Below the pieces are notes generated by a model. It did not search any database, was not told where the DNA came from, and worked only from the letters and a program-made list of their open reading frames with translations. The position numbers and the translations under genes are program-made. 64,000 nt of DNA from Chrysomallon squamiferum (Eukaryota > Animalia > Mollusca): NCBI GenBank assembly GCA_012295275.1, contig CM022671.1, positions 3,720,001 through 3,784,000 of the forward strand, given 5' to 3'. Below, piece after piece: positions 1 to 14,108 of the stretch. The first letter of the stretch is position 1. Every line of letters begins with the position of its first letter.

Positions 1-793
1 ACACTATAATTAGACTGGTGCTGTACATTCGCTACGCTCTGTAATTAACGCTCAGGCTTGTACAACATGTCTTGGACCAGTCGACTGCATTTGTTACAAA
101 TAATTAATGTCTTTGCTATTTTCGTTGTACTTCGAGCTCACGTAAACTGTCATGATTGTCCTGGTTGCTTTGTTTATACAAACCGAATGGTTCGTTATAT
201 AATACATTAAATTTACATATACGGATTTTAATAACTTTGTTTTGCGTTTTATATATGTAACTGTAGTAGCAGTTGCAACAGTAATAAAAACTGCCACAAT
301 CTGCAACCTGCATCAAGAATAACAGCACCAAAAACATTCAACATTTTAAACACCAGCTAGCAAATAAATATTACCTTTATATTACTGCTAACTGCACTGT
401 TATTGCGTTCAGCAATAATTGTTATTCTACTTTGATTTAAAGGTCAGTCAAAAATAAAAATAAAAAATGCGACAGATTAGTCTGGCAGTTAGGATGAAGG
501 CTTTTAATTAATATCTGTAATTGTGCTTCGTAAATACGTTATAATTATAGTGTGATTGCAAACGTTTGCTGAACAAACAAGAGTTTTTCTTTTGAAGTCA
601 TTTTAATATAACAGAGAATAATTTTAGTATAATTTAGATTTCATTAGACTTTTGTTTCTCTTGTTGCCCTTTTTATTATTTTTAGCAGCATACTAATAGC
701 AGCGGAGTAGCAGTTTATAAAAACTAAATATGTATATATATATATAAACTTTAATAGTTATGATGGCATAATTGTGAGATCCAGGAAAAAAAA

Positions 794-845
<52 letters not shown>

Positions 846-1499
846 GTTAGACACAGAAAAACAGAAATAGAGATATCTCTACGGACAGACATAGAGAAAC
901 TGAAAAAAACTGGAGAAGATGCTTTTTACATATATGCAGACACCCATACATAAATACCTACGAACCTACAACACACATATAGTTGCCTTCATATATAAAT
1001 GCATTACGTACATATACATACATATACACAAACATTACATGCAAACATGCATACATAATTATACAAACACACATAAGCGAGTGTAAGTTGGAATTTCTAA
1101 AAAAGTAAAAACTAAATAGACGACTGGATCCACCAATAGGATCCATGCCAACATCCACCGTGTGGTTTTGTTTACTTGTTGTTTTTTCATTGAAAACTGA
1201 ACTAAGACGTATTGACTGCTTGGTGTCTGGCAGCAAACCACCAATGATATTCGTCTCAGCTGTGTTGATATTTATACGCATATCTGAAACTTGTGACTGT
1301 CTCCTTATCAGTAAAAATCAGAAACTGTAATATTTATTATATACATATATTTTATCTTTATTACCACACACTCACACGCACTATTATAAATAGATAATTA
1401 TACACATCAGTATATCTATCTATATATATATATATACATACACTTACACACACATTATATATGTATGCATGTATATATATGGATTAACAATATAATAAC

Positions 1500-1614
1500 A
1501 ATAAATTAAATAACAATATAATATAATAAAATAATATTGCAAAACGAAGCACATAATAAAAAGTATTGCATAAAATGTTACGATAAAGTAAATTACAAAA
1601 CAATACAAAGTAAA

Positions 1615-1651
<37 letters not shown>

Positions 1652-2110
1652 CAACACAATACAGTACAAAGTAATACAACACAATAAAATATAAGATAAT
1701 ACAATACAACACAGTATAATACATAAGAATGAATACATTACAACACTATGAAACAGAATATAATACAACACAACACTATAAAATAATCATAAAACATTAC
1801 AACACAATAAAACACAATATAATACAACATAATAAAATACAATATAATACAACGCAATAACATACAACATAATACAACACATCATAATGCAATACAACAC
1901 AATGAAATACAATATAATATCATAATACAATAAAAATACAACACACTACAATAAGACACAATATAACACAATACAACACAATAAAACACAACACAGTAAA
2001 ACAGATCATACTACAATCCAATACAACACATTGAAATACATCATAACGCAGTACAGTACCATACCACACAACATAAAACAATACAACACAATATAACAAA
2101 GTACAGTATA
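1500..2110. repeat. Degenerate pentamer satellite (AATAC/AACAC)n with an internal (AAT)n
   Basis: Visible 5-bp periodicity. Confidence 0.85.
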
Positions 2111-2401
2111 ATAATTATATTGTTCTCATAACGTGAAAATAAATCATGTAATATTTTCTAGACGGTAAATACATATTAAACGACTGGTTAGCGTCCAGGG
2201 AACATTAACAGAAATCTGATAAACTGCTAATGGAAATGTTGAACACTTCCGAGCGAATTTTTGTCTCAGTACTCTTTTATTGATTTGTTTGACCTTTCTC
2301 GCGAAGAAAAAACATGTCAAATCTGACAAATAAAAAAGTGAAAATAACAAAAGAAGTAAAAAGAATATGTTCGGTGTAATGTTTTCTCTCTCCCAATATC
2401 C

Positions 2402-2438
<37 letters not shown>

Positions 2439-2634
2439 ATGCAATGCACATACAAGTATATACCTATACTTACATACATAGAAAAACAGTCATATATTTA
2501 TTGTATATGTATGTATGTGTCTGTGCGTATATATATATATATGTGTGTGTGTATGTATGTGTGTGTATGTGTGTATATATATATATATATACACACATAC
2601 ATATACATAAACTATAAAAAATCGAATTTAAGAA

Positions 2635-2755
2635 AATACATACATACATTCATACATACATACATACATACATACATACATACATTCATACATACATACA
2701 TACATTCATTCATACATACATACATACATACATACATACATGCATACATACATTC
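2635..2755. repeat. (TACA)n microsatellite
   Basis: Direct observation. Confidence 0.95.
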
Positions 2756-3240
2756 ACTCCACACTATGAAAATAACAACCAAACACAGTCAACATGTACG
2801 ACAATGCTTCATTCTGTGATTTTTATTTAAGAGTTTGAAAAGTCACCATCTGTTACACACGTACGTCTGTTATACTGGTGAAGGCCAGACACTGACTGCG
2901 ACCAATAATATTATACATCCTTGTAGCTCATACCAGATGGTGTTATAAAACAGATATCCGTAGACTAGAGGCATTACCTTATAATACGTTATGTGTTTAA
3001 TCTGTGTTGTAATACTGGAATGTGTGGTGTGTATTTGTGTGTGTGTGTGTGTGTGTGTGTGAGTGTATGTGTGTGTTATTTAGTTAGAAAGATTAATAGA
3101 TATGCGCGTTTGATCAAGAGTGTTGGTTATTTTTTAGCAGAAATATTATTAGTAGTAGTTTTAAATAATAGTGATAATAGTAGTAGTAATAATAATAGTA
3201 GTAACCAGCAATAGAACTATAGTAATAATAATAATAATAA

Positions 3241-3279
<39 letters not shown>

Positions 3280-3664
3280 ACGTAGCAGCAGCAGTAGTAG
3301 TAAGACTAGTTGTTTAAACAAGAAATATAATTATTGAAGAAAAGTAGTACATTAGTAATAAACGTATATACATACATACATACATACATACATACGTACG
3401 TACGTATATAAATACAATACATACTGCTTTGTAAACAGGCGCCTTTTTGAAAATATTTGCAATAATATATTTTTTTTTTTTTTTTTTTTTTTTTTAAACG
3501 CAGAAAATCTCTTATAATAAGCTTAAATTGTATTATGTTAAACCTACACGAAGATGTAATTACAAAAAAAAAAAAATAAAAATCTTTATTGAAAATATGT
3601 CCCCAGACAGTTTGAGCTGATGTAGAAGTCAGGTTAATGCTGCATTATTCAGTGATCTTGAATT

Positions 3665-3810
3665 ACGAGGCGGAAGGATACACAAAGTAGTTCAGAGACT
3701 TAGATTATATCTACTGGTATATTTGGACGGTTCCAGAATGAGTCGATTAACGAGGCGGAAGGATACACAAAGTAGTTCAGAACAACAGATTATATCCACG
3801 TATATATTTG
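3665..3810. repeat. 85-bp tandem duplication
   Basis: acgaggcggaaggatacacaaagtagttcaga identical at 3665 and 3750. Confidence 0.9.
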
Positions 3811-4849
3811 AATACTTCAAGAGTTTGTGGCGCTGTACAAACCGAATTTAAGCCTGGTAGAATCTAGAATCTGTCCTACAGCTTGATTCTTAGCAACAGA
3901 TAGTTTTTTTTTCAGTTTTTTTTTTTTTTTTTTTTTTTTAAATTGTATGAGTATTACACTTTTCTCCTTTAACATTTTCTATAACACTCCAAAACCTCAC
4001 CGCATCCTACAAAGGAGCCAGTTTAGAACTCTTAAAGATCAACGTCATAACCACAAAATTACTTTACACACAGAGATACAGCGTAGATAATTAAAAAAGA
4101 ACGCGTATTTACACAGAAAAGTAGTTCGTGTGCATTACGCAAAGGCTGCCGTTACTGATAAAGCAGAATCGTCAATAAGCGATGTATTCTACTGAAAAAT
4201 GAAACTTTAAACCGATTACGTTGAATTCAGACGAACGATCAATTTGAATTAAGACAAGACTGCCTTCGAACTCAAACGTTTTAATATATCTCTCTTCGCT
4301 GGTGATACTATGGATGATTATTATTATTAGAAATAGTTTTCTACGGTATTAAATCAGCATTAATACCCATAAATGGTGAAAGCCTTTTTTTTTCATTAAT
4401 TTCCTCACTGGGTTTTGAAGTTAAGACTCCGCGGCGCCATTTTGTATTTTAATATTAATTACGTAGACCGGTAACAAGACAATGTTACGCAGAATGTTGC
4501 CAACAAACGCGACGAGAGAATGGTAACAGTGAAAGGCAATTACGTAATTTCCATTTTCACACTTTATGAATAATCTTCTTAATGGAACTGTGTTGCCATG
4601 GTTTTTGCTTTTAAGTTATAATAATCACAAAAAAGTACATTTTCTTTTAAAGCTTTTGAAATAATTAAAAAAAAAATGCAAGTTTTAGTTTTTTCAAAAT
4701 GTCATCTCAACAGCCGCGTTTTTTTTTAATTTTTTTTTTTTATTGTTGTTGTTTTCTCGTGTTTTACCGACGTCACTAAAAATAAAATTGGTTTTATTTA
4801 GAAATTATGAAAAGGTCAAGTTAAACTTGTCACTGTAACTTGAGGATGT

Positions 4850-5140
4850 ACGTGAGCAACTGCATATTTATAGTGAGCATGTATAGGTGAGCAAGTATGT
4901 ATCTGTTCGTGAGTATGTGCATGTGAACGAGTCTATGTTTGTGTAAATTTGAGTTTGTGAGTAAATACATATTTGTGTGTGAATACGTATAGGTGAGTAA
5001 ATATATGTGTCTGTATGAATATATGTACGAGAGCAAATATATGTCTTGGTTGATTATGTGTGTTTATACGTACGTAGACAAGTTGATGGCTATGATGTCT
5101 GTGTAGGTGAACAACAAGATGTCTACGGATGAGTAAGTGC
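4850..5140. repeat. Degenerate ~24-bp minisatellite (gtgagyaartatrtrt...)
   Basis: Recurring gtgag(c/t)aa motif. Confidence 0.7.
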
Positions 5141-5691
5141 GTGGAAATGAAAACATCTCTTGGACGATTGCAGACGACATTCTCACTAACGGGAACCTGC
5201 GACTGACACGTAATTATCCGAGAAAGGTTTCGCGACATTTCTACTTTTGATCAGCAGACGTGAGGTGTTTAGGGTTTCGTATTTTAGACGTTTCCATCCG
5301 AAGATGTCGTCTCCTGTTAGTCACGTGATCTGTTTTATCAGTAAGTAATAACAAGTCTGTGACTCAAGCAGACAACGTAACCTTTGTAGACAAATAAAGA
5401 AGTGTGATGTTGCATTCTGCTGACGGTGTGTACATCATGCTATTCTTAAATTACGTATGCAAATATATAATACATAAAAAAAAACCACATACAAAAGGTA
5501 GTTTTAAAATATCCTTGTTTCTAATCAGTAAATGTAGTCAGTGGAACGATAATTCAAGATGGTTCTGTAGATAATACATTGTTTTTGTAATGTCGTAATG
5601 AACTAAAATAAAAATACATCCATTATTAACATTTCTTAATCTGTAGCAGCTAGGAATATACTGACTGTAATTGTATGTGTGTTTGGATATG

Positions 5692-5758
<67 letters not shown>

Positions 5759-6127
5759 ATACATACATACATAAATAAGAAAGAAAGAAACAAAGAAAGA
5801 AAGAAAGAAAGAAAGAAAGAAAATCATAATCCTGAGAAGCCGCAGTGCTGTAGAATCCAGTCTGACATTTTTTTTCTCACACAGAACACAACAATTGAAA
5901 ATGTTCATCCTCATCTTGCTCCAAGAGATTCGTTTAAAACTGTCCCGATTTCTCTGCCTCGTCTCATTATTATCCCGGATTAACAGTCTCTGATATGACG
6001 TCATTTTACCAGCCTCGGGGCCTCGTTCTAATGACAGAGAATTTCAAAACACTTTTTTTTTTTTTTTTTTTTTTTTTAATAATAAAAATTTAGACTACAG
6101 GATTAACAATGTTTAAATCAAATCTGC

Positions 6128-6158
<31 letters not shown>

Positions 6159-7014
6159 CAGATAACCAGAAAAGCATTGTGTACATGTTTTTAGAAAGTA
6201 TTAAATATTAGACTACATAATGTTATTATTATACCGTTGTTATAATAAAATATCGCGCTTTTGTTCATATTTGAACGTCAACCATCCATTTCAATATATT
6301 ATTATTGTTTTTACGTCCATCCTCCATTACTCAACCATAAACCGTTACAATACATTTCTGTACTGTTATTGTAGATTATATGAATATCTTTCATCCATTA
6401 CCATATATATGTCTGTATTATTATTATTATTATCGTAGACCATATGACCGTTATTCGTCGTCAGTGTAAGACTGTTTCACTGTAGACGTTATTTGCGCAC
6501 TTCATCCATTACGACTTACGTTATAATTCTTGTGTCTTGAATGTGCCACCCATACATTACACTTGATCACTACAATAATGGAGACGGCACGAACATCCAC
6601 TACTATCATGTTGTGTAAATTAATTAGACAGGATTCTGTCTCTCCACTCGCTGTGAGCTACAATCTGAAGTATAAATAAAGTTCAATTCAGGCGACAGAC
6701 CCTTTTGACTCAGTCGTTGAAACAATTTGCAGGTTTATCTGATGCAGTCGCTACGGTGATTTCACAGTTGTATATTGCAAATCTGATCATATTTATTTTT
6801 CCTAATAGAATGCACATACATTTTTACATATATACGTACGTATGTACATACATACATCCACACACAAAACAACATTCATACATACGCAGATGCATACATA
6901 TTTACACGTACGCACGTTTCTACATACATCAGCGACATTTGATTGTTGTGCCATGGTGATTGGACTTTGTCCTTTTGCTTACTGTCTATGCATACAGTCA
7001 TCATTTGCAAATGC

Positions 7015-7198
7015 GCTGGAAAGTGATGAATGGGTGCCTTGTGTTCAAGTCTCGTCAGCGGCATCTGACAGGTTTGTGAGGTTATGATTGGATTTTGTCC
7101 TCCTGCGCCAGTGCGTTCCCGAATATTATCTATGTGCAGAGTCTAATCAGACGTACATAAAACAGAGAAAAATTAGACTCCTAAATTACATACATACG
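7015..7198 (+). mobile_element. tRNA-derived SINE-like element, copy 1
   Basis: B-box GTTCAAGTC 7043-7051; clearly alignable with 13838-14015; ends in a (TACA)n tail. Confidence 0.65.
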
Positions 7199-7748
7199 AA
7201 CATCAAATAAACCTATTCTTCCTTCCTACCAGCACCAATTAGCCTGAGGCAAAATTCTAACTATTATACGCATACCTCAATTAATAATAATAATATAAAC
7301 TAAACATAAAAACTGTAGGAAACATTCAGGCAAAATTCACAGAATGATGTTAATACACCAAGCACATTTCTCAGTTTACTCAATCGATTTTCTGTGCATT
7401 ATTAATACCAATAATAACAGTAACCTTTTCATCACATGCGGCTGTTTCATCAACCTTGTTAATATACAAAACATTTTTTTTCCCAAGTGATGAGGCTTAA
7501 AGTTATAAATGAATGGAAAAAAAAAAAAAAAAAATAATAAAAGAATGTGTTTATATGTATAAATAAACACACCACACCTGGCGAGATATATATCAAAAAT
7601 AAGCAAAAATATTCTCTATAAATAAGCAAACACGCAAATCAGAATTCTGTTTAAGTAAACAAAACAAAAAAATCATAATTCTCTATATTTAAACAAGCAC
7701 ACAAAACCAGAATTTTCTAAACGTAATTAAACACGCCAACCCGTCCAG

Positions 7749-7800
7749 TGACGTCATATTGATCCACGTTCGCTTAATGACTTCCGGTACTGACAGGAAG
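7749..7800. promoter_or_regulatory. CRE + consensus ETS/Elk site cluster
   Basis: TGACGTCA 7749-7756, ACTTCCGGT 7780-7788 and CAGGAAG 7794-7800 in a CpG-richer patch. Confidence 0.4.
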
Positions 7801-8142
7801 AACGGCAATGAAAGTAAAATTTCTCTAACGATATCTTCTTCTTCTTTTTCTATGGCTTTTTTTTCCCCCGTGTTTCTTTTGTTACATTATCTGCCTTTCT
7901 TTCTGCTCTCTGCATCCTCTTTCTTTTAACGAACGTGTGTTTTTATTTGAAGCCATATTTGCTTTCACGAGTAAAACGTTTTTATAGGGCGAGCTCTGAG
8001 TACACACGCGAGTCGTTGATGTACATTAACTGAATCGCTGCAATAACACGTCTGCTTACAGTCAGAAGGAAAATGAAACCCGATATTTATTGTCGTCGAG
8101 TTCAGCTTATTGGTGACACAAAACTGATTCAAAGATTACTAG

Positions 8143-8199
<57 letters not shown>

Positions 8200-8216
8200 G
8201 TTATTGTTGCTGTTGC

Positions 8217-8256
<40 letters not shown>

Positions 8257-8924
8257 ATTATTATTATTATTATTATTTTTACTGTGACAGTTATAACCAG
8301 ATAACCACTGGATTAGTACAGATTGTTCGTAACCAGACGTATTTAAGACTAAAAAAAACAGAGAATGAGAAATTCTGAGTACATGCATATTATTATTACT
8401 ATTATTGTTGCTGCTGCTACTGTTGTTGTTTCTGCATCGTTCCTGTTGTTAAAAACTCATGTCGTGCTGTCATGCGCACTGGATCAATTTTTCAAATCAC
8501 TTACAGTTATTCAGCTTCTCAAGCCCGGCATTCGTGGGCATATTCCGTCATATAAGACCTTGATGATTTTTATAAAACTGATTTCAGATAGTCTATTGTG
8601 TACGCTTGTCTTGGATTAAAACTTCGACTTCAGACACGAATGCTATAACACACACACGCATTACTGATAAGTAATTCATGTCATGATCTGTTTCATCATC
8701 ATTTTCATTTCACTGCTCAGTAACGATATCAGAAATTGAAAGATTGAACAGGAGGTCACGAAACGATATTAAAAAAAGGACAATAGATCGAGCTAACACT
8801 GTGTAAACTATTCACTGCGGGAAAAACTTCGATTTTGTTTGATGACGCAAAGTAAATCCTCAGAGGTTTCCTGCTTTAGTTACAGACAGCGAGCGAGCCT
8901 TGTCACTGGTTACAGCGGTGAAAG

Positions 8925-10090
8925 AGAAGAAATGATAACTGCTATTGAATTGTCGTTAACATTGTCTAGTTTTAAACTGATGCTTTCTGAAGGAGCCTGG
9001 TTGTAGCCTGGTGGTTTATAGACTTAGATTTTAGAATAGTTCATCATATAATATATACATATAACAAATTATATAAATATGGCAAAATCTTATCTAGTGT
9101 ATGTCCAGTGTGTTTGAAGGATGATGAAGATTTGTGCCATTTATTTTTGTATTGTGAAGAATTGAAGGAATTAATATCAATCTTTCATGAAATATGTATT
9201 TATATATTTAAGAAAACAGGGTTTTCTCTAGAACAATTAAAAAGATTATTAATATTTGGATGTTATCTCAAAATTGAAAATAGTACAATAGAATTTATTA
9301 ATATTATTCTTTCAATTTATAGAATAACAGTGTTCAAAAGGCGTGTAATAGCTCAAATGAAAGGAACAAATATCAATATAATACAATTTTTTTAGAAATT
9401 ATATGTATCAGTGGAAAATCATTCTAAATCAATATCGTATTCAAAACAAAAAAAACAATAAGAACTAAAAGATGACATTTATTTTCAAATATCCTTTGGA
9501 AAGCTATAAATAATCAATATAGATAAATCATGGAAATGGATAAAAGAATTAATACTATAAAATACTGTAAATATATATGAATATTCTGAATAAATAAGTA
9601 TGCATGCATGTGAGTGTGAATGAGTGTGACTGAGTGTGTGAGAGGAAATAGTTTTTGTTATTGTTATTTACAGCTGTAATGTTATTTTAATTGTGTACAA
9701 CTGGTGATTATACTAATAAAGAAAAAAAAAAAAAGAGTATTAGGCTGTGGTATGAAGAGATGTAGGATCGAATCCTGTAAGGGAAGAAGACGAATTTGGT
9801 GGAAAAGAAAAAAAAAAAAAAAAAAAACTGGTAAAAGATTTTGAATTGTCGTTAAGATTGTTTGGTGTTTAACTGTCGCTTTGTGAAGGAGAAAGTGTAG
9901 CCTGGTGGTTATAGCACTAGTCTGTTGTGTAAAGGGATCTAGGATCGAATCCTGTAAAAGAATGAGAGAACTGATAACTGTGTCTAGGTTTCATAAGAAT
10001 CGTTTCTCAAAGGAAAGGTTTTTAGTTAAGTCGATCATAACAATAGCATGATGCTTTATGGGGCGTAGGATCGACCCCTCTAAGTGAATA
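8925..10090 (+). repeat. Degenerate tandem units (~170 bp) carrying tRNA/SINE-like A and B boxes, interrupted by the LINE
   Basis: Repeated ttgaattgtcgttaa...gaaggag...gtagcctggtggtt and taggatcgaatcctgtaa segments (9001-9016/9735-9780, 9840-9958, ~10065-10080). Confidence 0.6.
9017..9734 (+). mobile_element. 5'-truncated L1/Tx1-clade LINE (3' end of ORF2 with CCHC zf-RVT, 3'UTR, poly(A))
   Basis: Frame from 9021 reads DLDFRIVHHIIYT...CPVCLKDDEDLCHLFLYC (C-x2-C-x8-H-x4-C); AATAAA 9715-9720 followed by an A-tail. Confidence 0.8.
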
Positions 10091-10773
10091 CATTTTATTA
10101 ATAACCATACATTATCATATTTTATTACTAAGCACATGGTCAGCATATTTTATTATTAACATCACATCAAAACATTTTATTATTAAAAATACGTTAACCC
10201 AAAATGGGTTAACTAACAAGAATTCAAAACATTCTGTTGTTAACAATGCACAACAGATATTATTAGTGACTGTATCAACGATTTTTTATTAACTATTATT
10301 CACCGATTAGATTTTTAATCACTCCATGAACTACATTCACCAGTTAGTAACAAATAATTATTTTTATATACCTTCCCACAGAACCTCTTCAGATACTACA
10401 TTTTTTATATATTAGTCGGGAGACACTGGTTATAACGGGAAATATCCCATTGAGGCCACTGTGAAGAACTGATCCCAAAGCTTACCACCTCTAAGACTCA
10501 TAGTCAATCCAGTAAATCTCACCTACGTTTCTATGGAAAATAACCCCGATGTTGCTATGATCAGATTGTGTGTATTGGTGTATTATCTTACTTATTACAT
10601 GTCTCTTGTTACTGTCTGTATCAGCACGTAATTAGGTTCACAAAGGGAATCAGCTGTTAGTCATATATCGATATCATCTCATTCTTCTCTCACACAATTA
10701 ACCCCATGTAATTCGAGAATATCTTACGTGTGATAAACTATAGATTTAGTAGGTTTAGTATATTCCAAGTAAC

Positions 10774-10876
<103 letters not shown>

Positions 10877-13713
10877 ATTTTACCTTTGGCGATGTGAATA
10901 AAAGTTTTCTTTTTTTATTCTAAATATATTTTATGTATTCCAAGTTATTGTTTTATTTGTATTGCTAGGTTACCTGTTACCGTGTAAAAAGATAATAATA
11001 AGATAAATACGTGCATATTCCATGTGGATGTTTTATTTGTTTTGTTATATTGATTTGCAAGCGAATGTTGCTCTTGTTTTATTAGATTGTACCTGGTGGT
11101 GTATTCAAAATGATTATTACAGAAATATTCTGTACAGTCTGCGTTATTTTTACATTTGTTTTATTAGACTTTATCTCTGCGATGCAGTGAAAGTTATCAG
11201 TATACAATAGGTCTGTATATTCTAAGTTATTGCTATATCTTTTATTAAACGAAATCTTTATGAAGTAATCAAAATTAATATAAAGTATCAAGTCTTTTCA
11301 AATCATTTAGACTCGTGACCAATGATCGTAGGGTTACCATGACAATTTGCAGTGTGTATCTGTCTTACGTCATCTGACAGAGTCCATTGATGTAGTCCAT
11401 TGCTTGATCGGTATCCTCCCATAGGTTATATAGTCAATAGTCATACAACTTGGAAAGCAGTCAAATGTAAAATGTAAGCTTGGAACCCTGTTTGGGGAAT
11501 AATCAACTAGTCTTGGAGCTTGATGCTGTCCAGCTGAAAAGTATTCGGTTCTTTCTCAAATTATTTTGTTTCTGAATTAAAGTCTTCATGTGATGATTCA
11601 GTGAAATTATCTAAATGTATTTTGAATAACTATTTTCCAGTTGAATTTTTACAAAGAATGCCTAATGTGCTGTAAAAGAAAAAAAAAAATTAGTGTGAAT
11701 ATATTTGTATAGGGAAAAATATGTTTCATTTTTTTTCTTTTTTCTTTTAAAGGCTTCGTCTGGTGGTTCAAAAAAAAAAAAAAAAAAAAAAAAAATTTTT
11801 TATAAAAACTTTCTTAAGTAAACGTTTCATTATTTCAGGAGTCTACGTTTGACGCGATAATAAATAAAGTGAATATATTTTACATATGGTAAAAAATAAC
11901 TATTTTATTTGTTTATTATTAAAATATGTGATGGTACTAATGGTTATTGTAAATATACTTTGTACAGATATAGATCCTAGTTTTATTTATTTGTTTTAAA
12001 CGTGATGCCGAAATAGTGCTTTTATTTTATATATTTTTAAATAACTGTTTTTATTATTTATTATTATTATTTTTATTTGTTTAATTCTAAAGTGTAACCC
12101 TAGAATTTAGAAGGCACAAAATGACTTATTAAAGACGGATATTTCTACACAATATAAAACAATTTTAATGCTTTATAAAAAAATATATATTTACATACAA
12201 GAGATATATGTAGTATGTATGTGTGTGTGTATATATATAATATTCATCATCTGAAAAAAAGAAGAACTTACTGACAATAGAATATAAATGAAAAAAAGTA
12301 AAAATAAAAATAATAAATAGATAAATTAAAAAAAAATGGCATCCAAACACTTGAGGCTGAAAGGAATAGTTTTCGACACATTGAAAAAAAGAAAAACAAG
12401 AAAAAACAATGAAAACAAAAAAGAAAGAAAAAAAAAAAAAAAAAAGAGGAGGAAATGCTGATGCTGTTGTCTAATCTACTCCACTTAATGTAGTCACATT
12501 ATCTCGTTATAACAGAAGTTTCTCAATTCTGAAATTAGGTAACAGCGAAATCTAGACAAGGGTACTCAACAATTACCTTCCATCTGTTTTCCTGCTTTGT
12601 CGATCTTCACAAGTCTGCAGCGCTGTCTGAATAAATCGGTAAAGTTACACTTAAACAAGAGTCGACAGCAACCGATAATTACTTAAAGACAAATTCGAAT
12701 TACTACTGCTGTTTGTCTGTATTTCTGTCGTTGTGTGCGTGTGTGTGTGTATGTATGTGTGTGCTGCTTTGAACAGGAATAGCTCGGTAACTGTCGTTCC
12801 GTATATGTATATGTGTGTGTATGTATGTATGTATGTATGTATGTATGTATGTATGTATGTATGTATGTATGTATGTATGTATGTATGTGTATGTGTGTGT
12901 GTGTGTATGTATGTATATGTATATGTATATATGTATATATGTATATATATATATATATATATATAATAAAATGTGTCGACATAGAGTTTTTATTATTCAT
13001 TCAAAACCAACAATGGCAGCAGTATCAACAGAACAATTAATTATTCTAGTACAAATGAACAAATTCAAACAAACATGGTTAAAGAAGAGGAGTAGATAAA
13101 TACACCAAATTTCTGAGACAAACCAGCATCATGTACTGTGTGCGTAAATCTCGCATGAAAACAGCGAATTTTTTACATTAAAGATTGATTTCTGCAATCT
13201 GCCGCCATGAAAACAGCACTACAAGACTCGCCGTTGAAGCAAATATAAATTCATCTCATAAAAATTAACCGAAATGGCGGAATTGTTTTTAAGTGATTTT
13301 TTTTTTTTTTTTTTTTTTTTCTCATCTGGTTTCCCATTAAGGTAATAAAACTAAGTCTTTCCGGAAAATGCGGGTGGACTATTACACATTTTGTTTCTAT
13401 TTAATCTAGAATAGAAACTATTATGATTACATTTTCCTGTGGTTAACAATGAAGGACACAAAAGAAAATAATTTATAATTTTAAATAGAGGCTGTCATGC
13501 TCGATGTGTGGTGATAGTCGAGTGGTTAGAACGCTGGTGTGAAACACAGGATCAATTCTTCTCGGTGCATTCATTAACATATTTTTCGCTCGAGCACCAG
13601 ATTTTTGTATCAAACACCATAAATTTCTGTATGTACGTTATTTGATATACGTATATGACACATCCACACAAACACAAACAAACTTGTATCTTAGACCTTT
13701 TGTCGTTGTATGC

Positions 13714-13831
13714 ATACATACATATATACATACATACATACATACAAACATACATACATACATACATACATACATACATACATACATACATACATACATA
13801 CATACATACATACATACATACATACATACAT
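13714..13831. repeat. (TACA)n microsatellite
   Basis: Direct observation. Confidence 0.95.
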
Positions 13832-13837
13832 AAGGTT

Positions 13838-14015
13838 CAGCTGGAGAATGGGTGTCATACGTTCGAGTCTCGTCATCGGCATATGACGGGTTTGTGAGGT
13901 CGTGATTGGACTTTGTCCTCCTGCGCCAGTGCGTTCCCGAATTTTGTCTATGTGCAGAGTCTATACAGACGTACATAAGACAGATACTATTCAAATCCTA
14001 AAATACATACATACA
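13838..14015 (+). mobile_element. tRNA-derived SINE-like element, copy 2
   Basis: B-box GTTCGAGTC 13861-13869; shared core ttgtcctcctgcgccagtgcgttcccgaat; (TACA)n tail. Confidence 0.65.
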
Positions 14016-14026
14016 TATCCAAACAT

Positions 14027-14108
<82 letters not shown>

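Noticed and set aside
94-1330. Minus-strand ORFs with faint FN3-like (IIGGLLPDTKQSIRL) and TM-like (IVAVFITVATATTVTYIKRK) segments
   Set aside because: Key FN3 Trp/Tyr residues are absent and I could not build a consistent exon chain; at most a decayed gene. An HMM search would decide.
8500-8580. Minus-strand KVLYDGICP resembling the DUF393/DCC1 start, near a GTAAGT donor
   Set aside because: The second Cys of CxxC is missing and a stop follows within 8 codons.
9895-9955. tRNA-like sequence (A and B boxes); also 13510-13560
   Set aside because: No pairing acceptor or anticodon stems; these are SINE-head-like, not tRNA genes.
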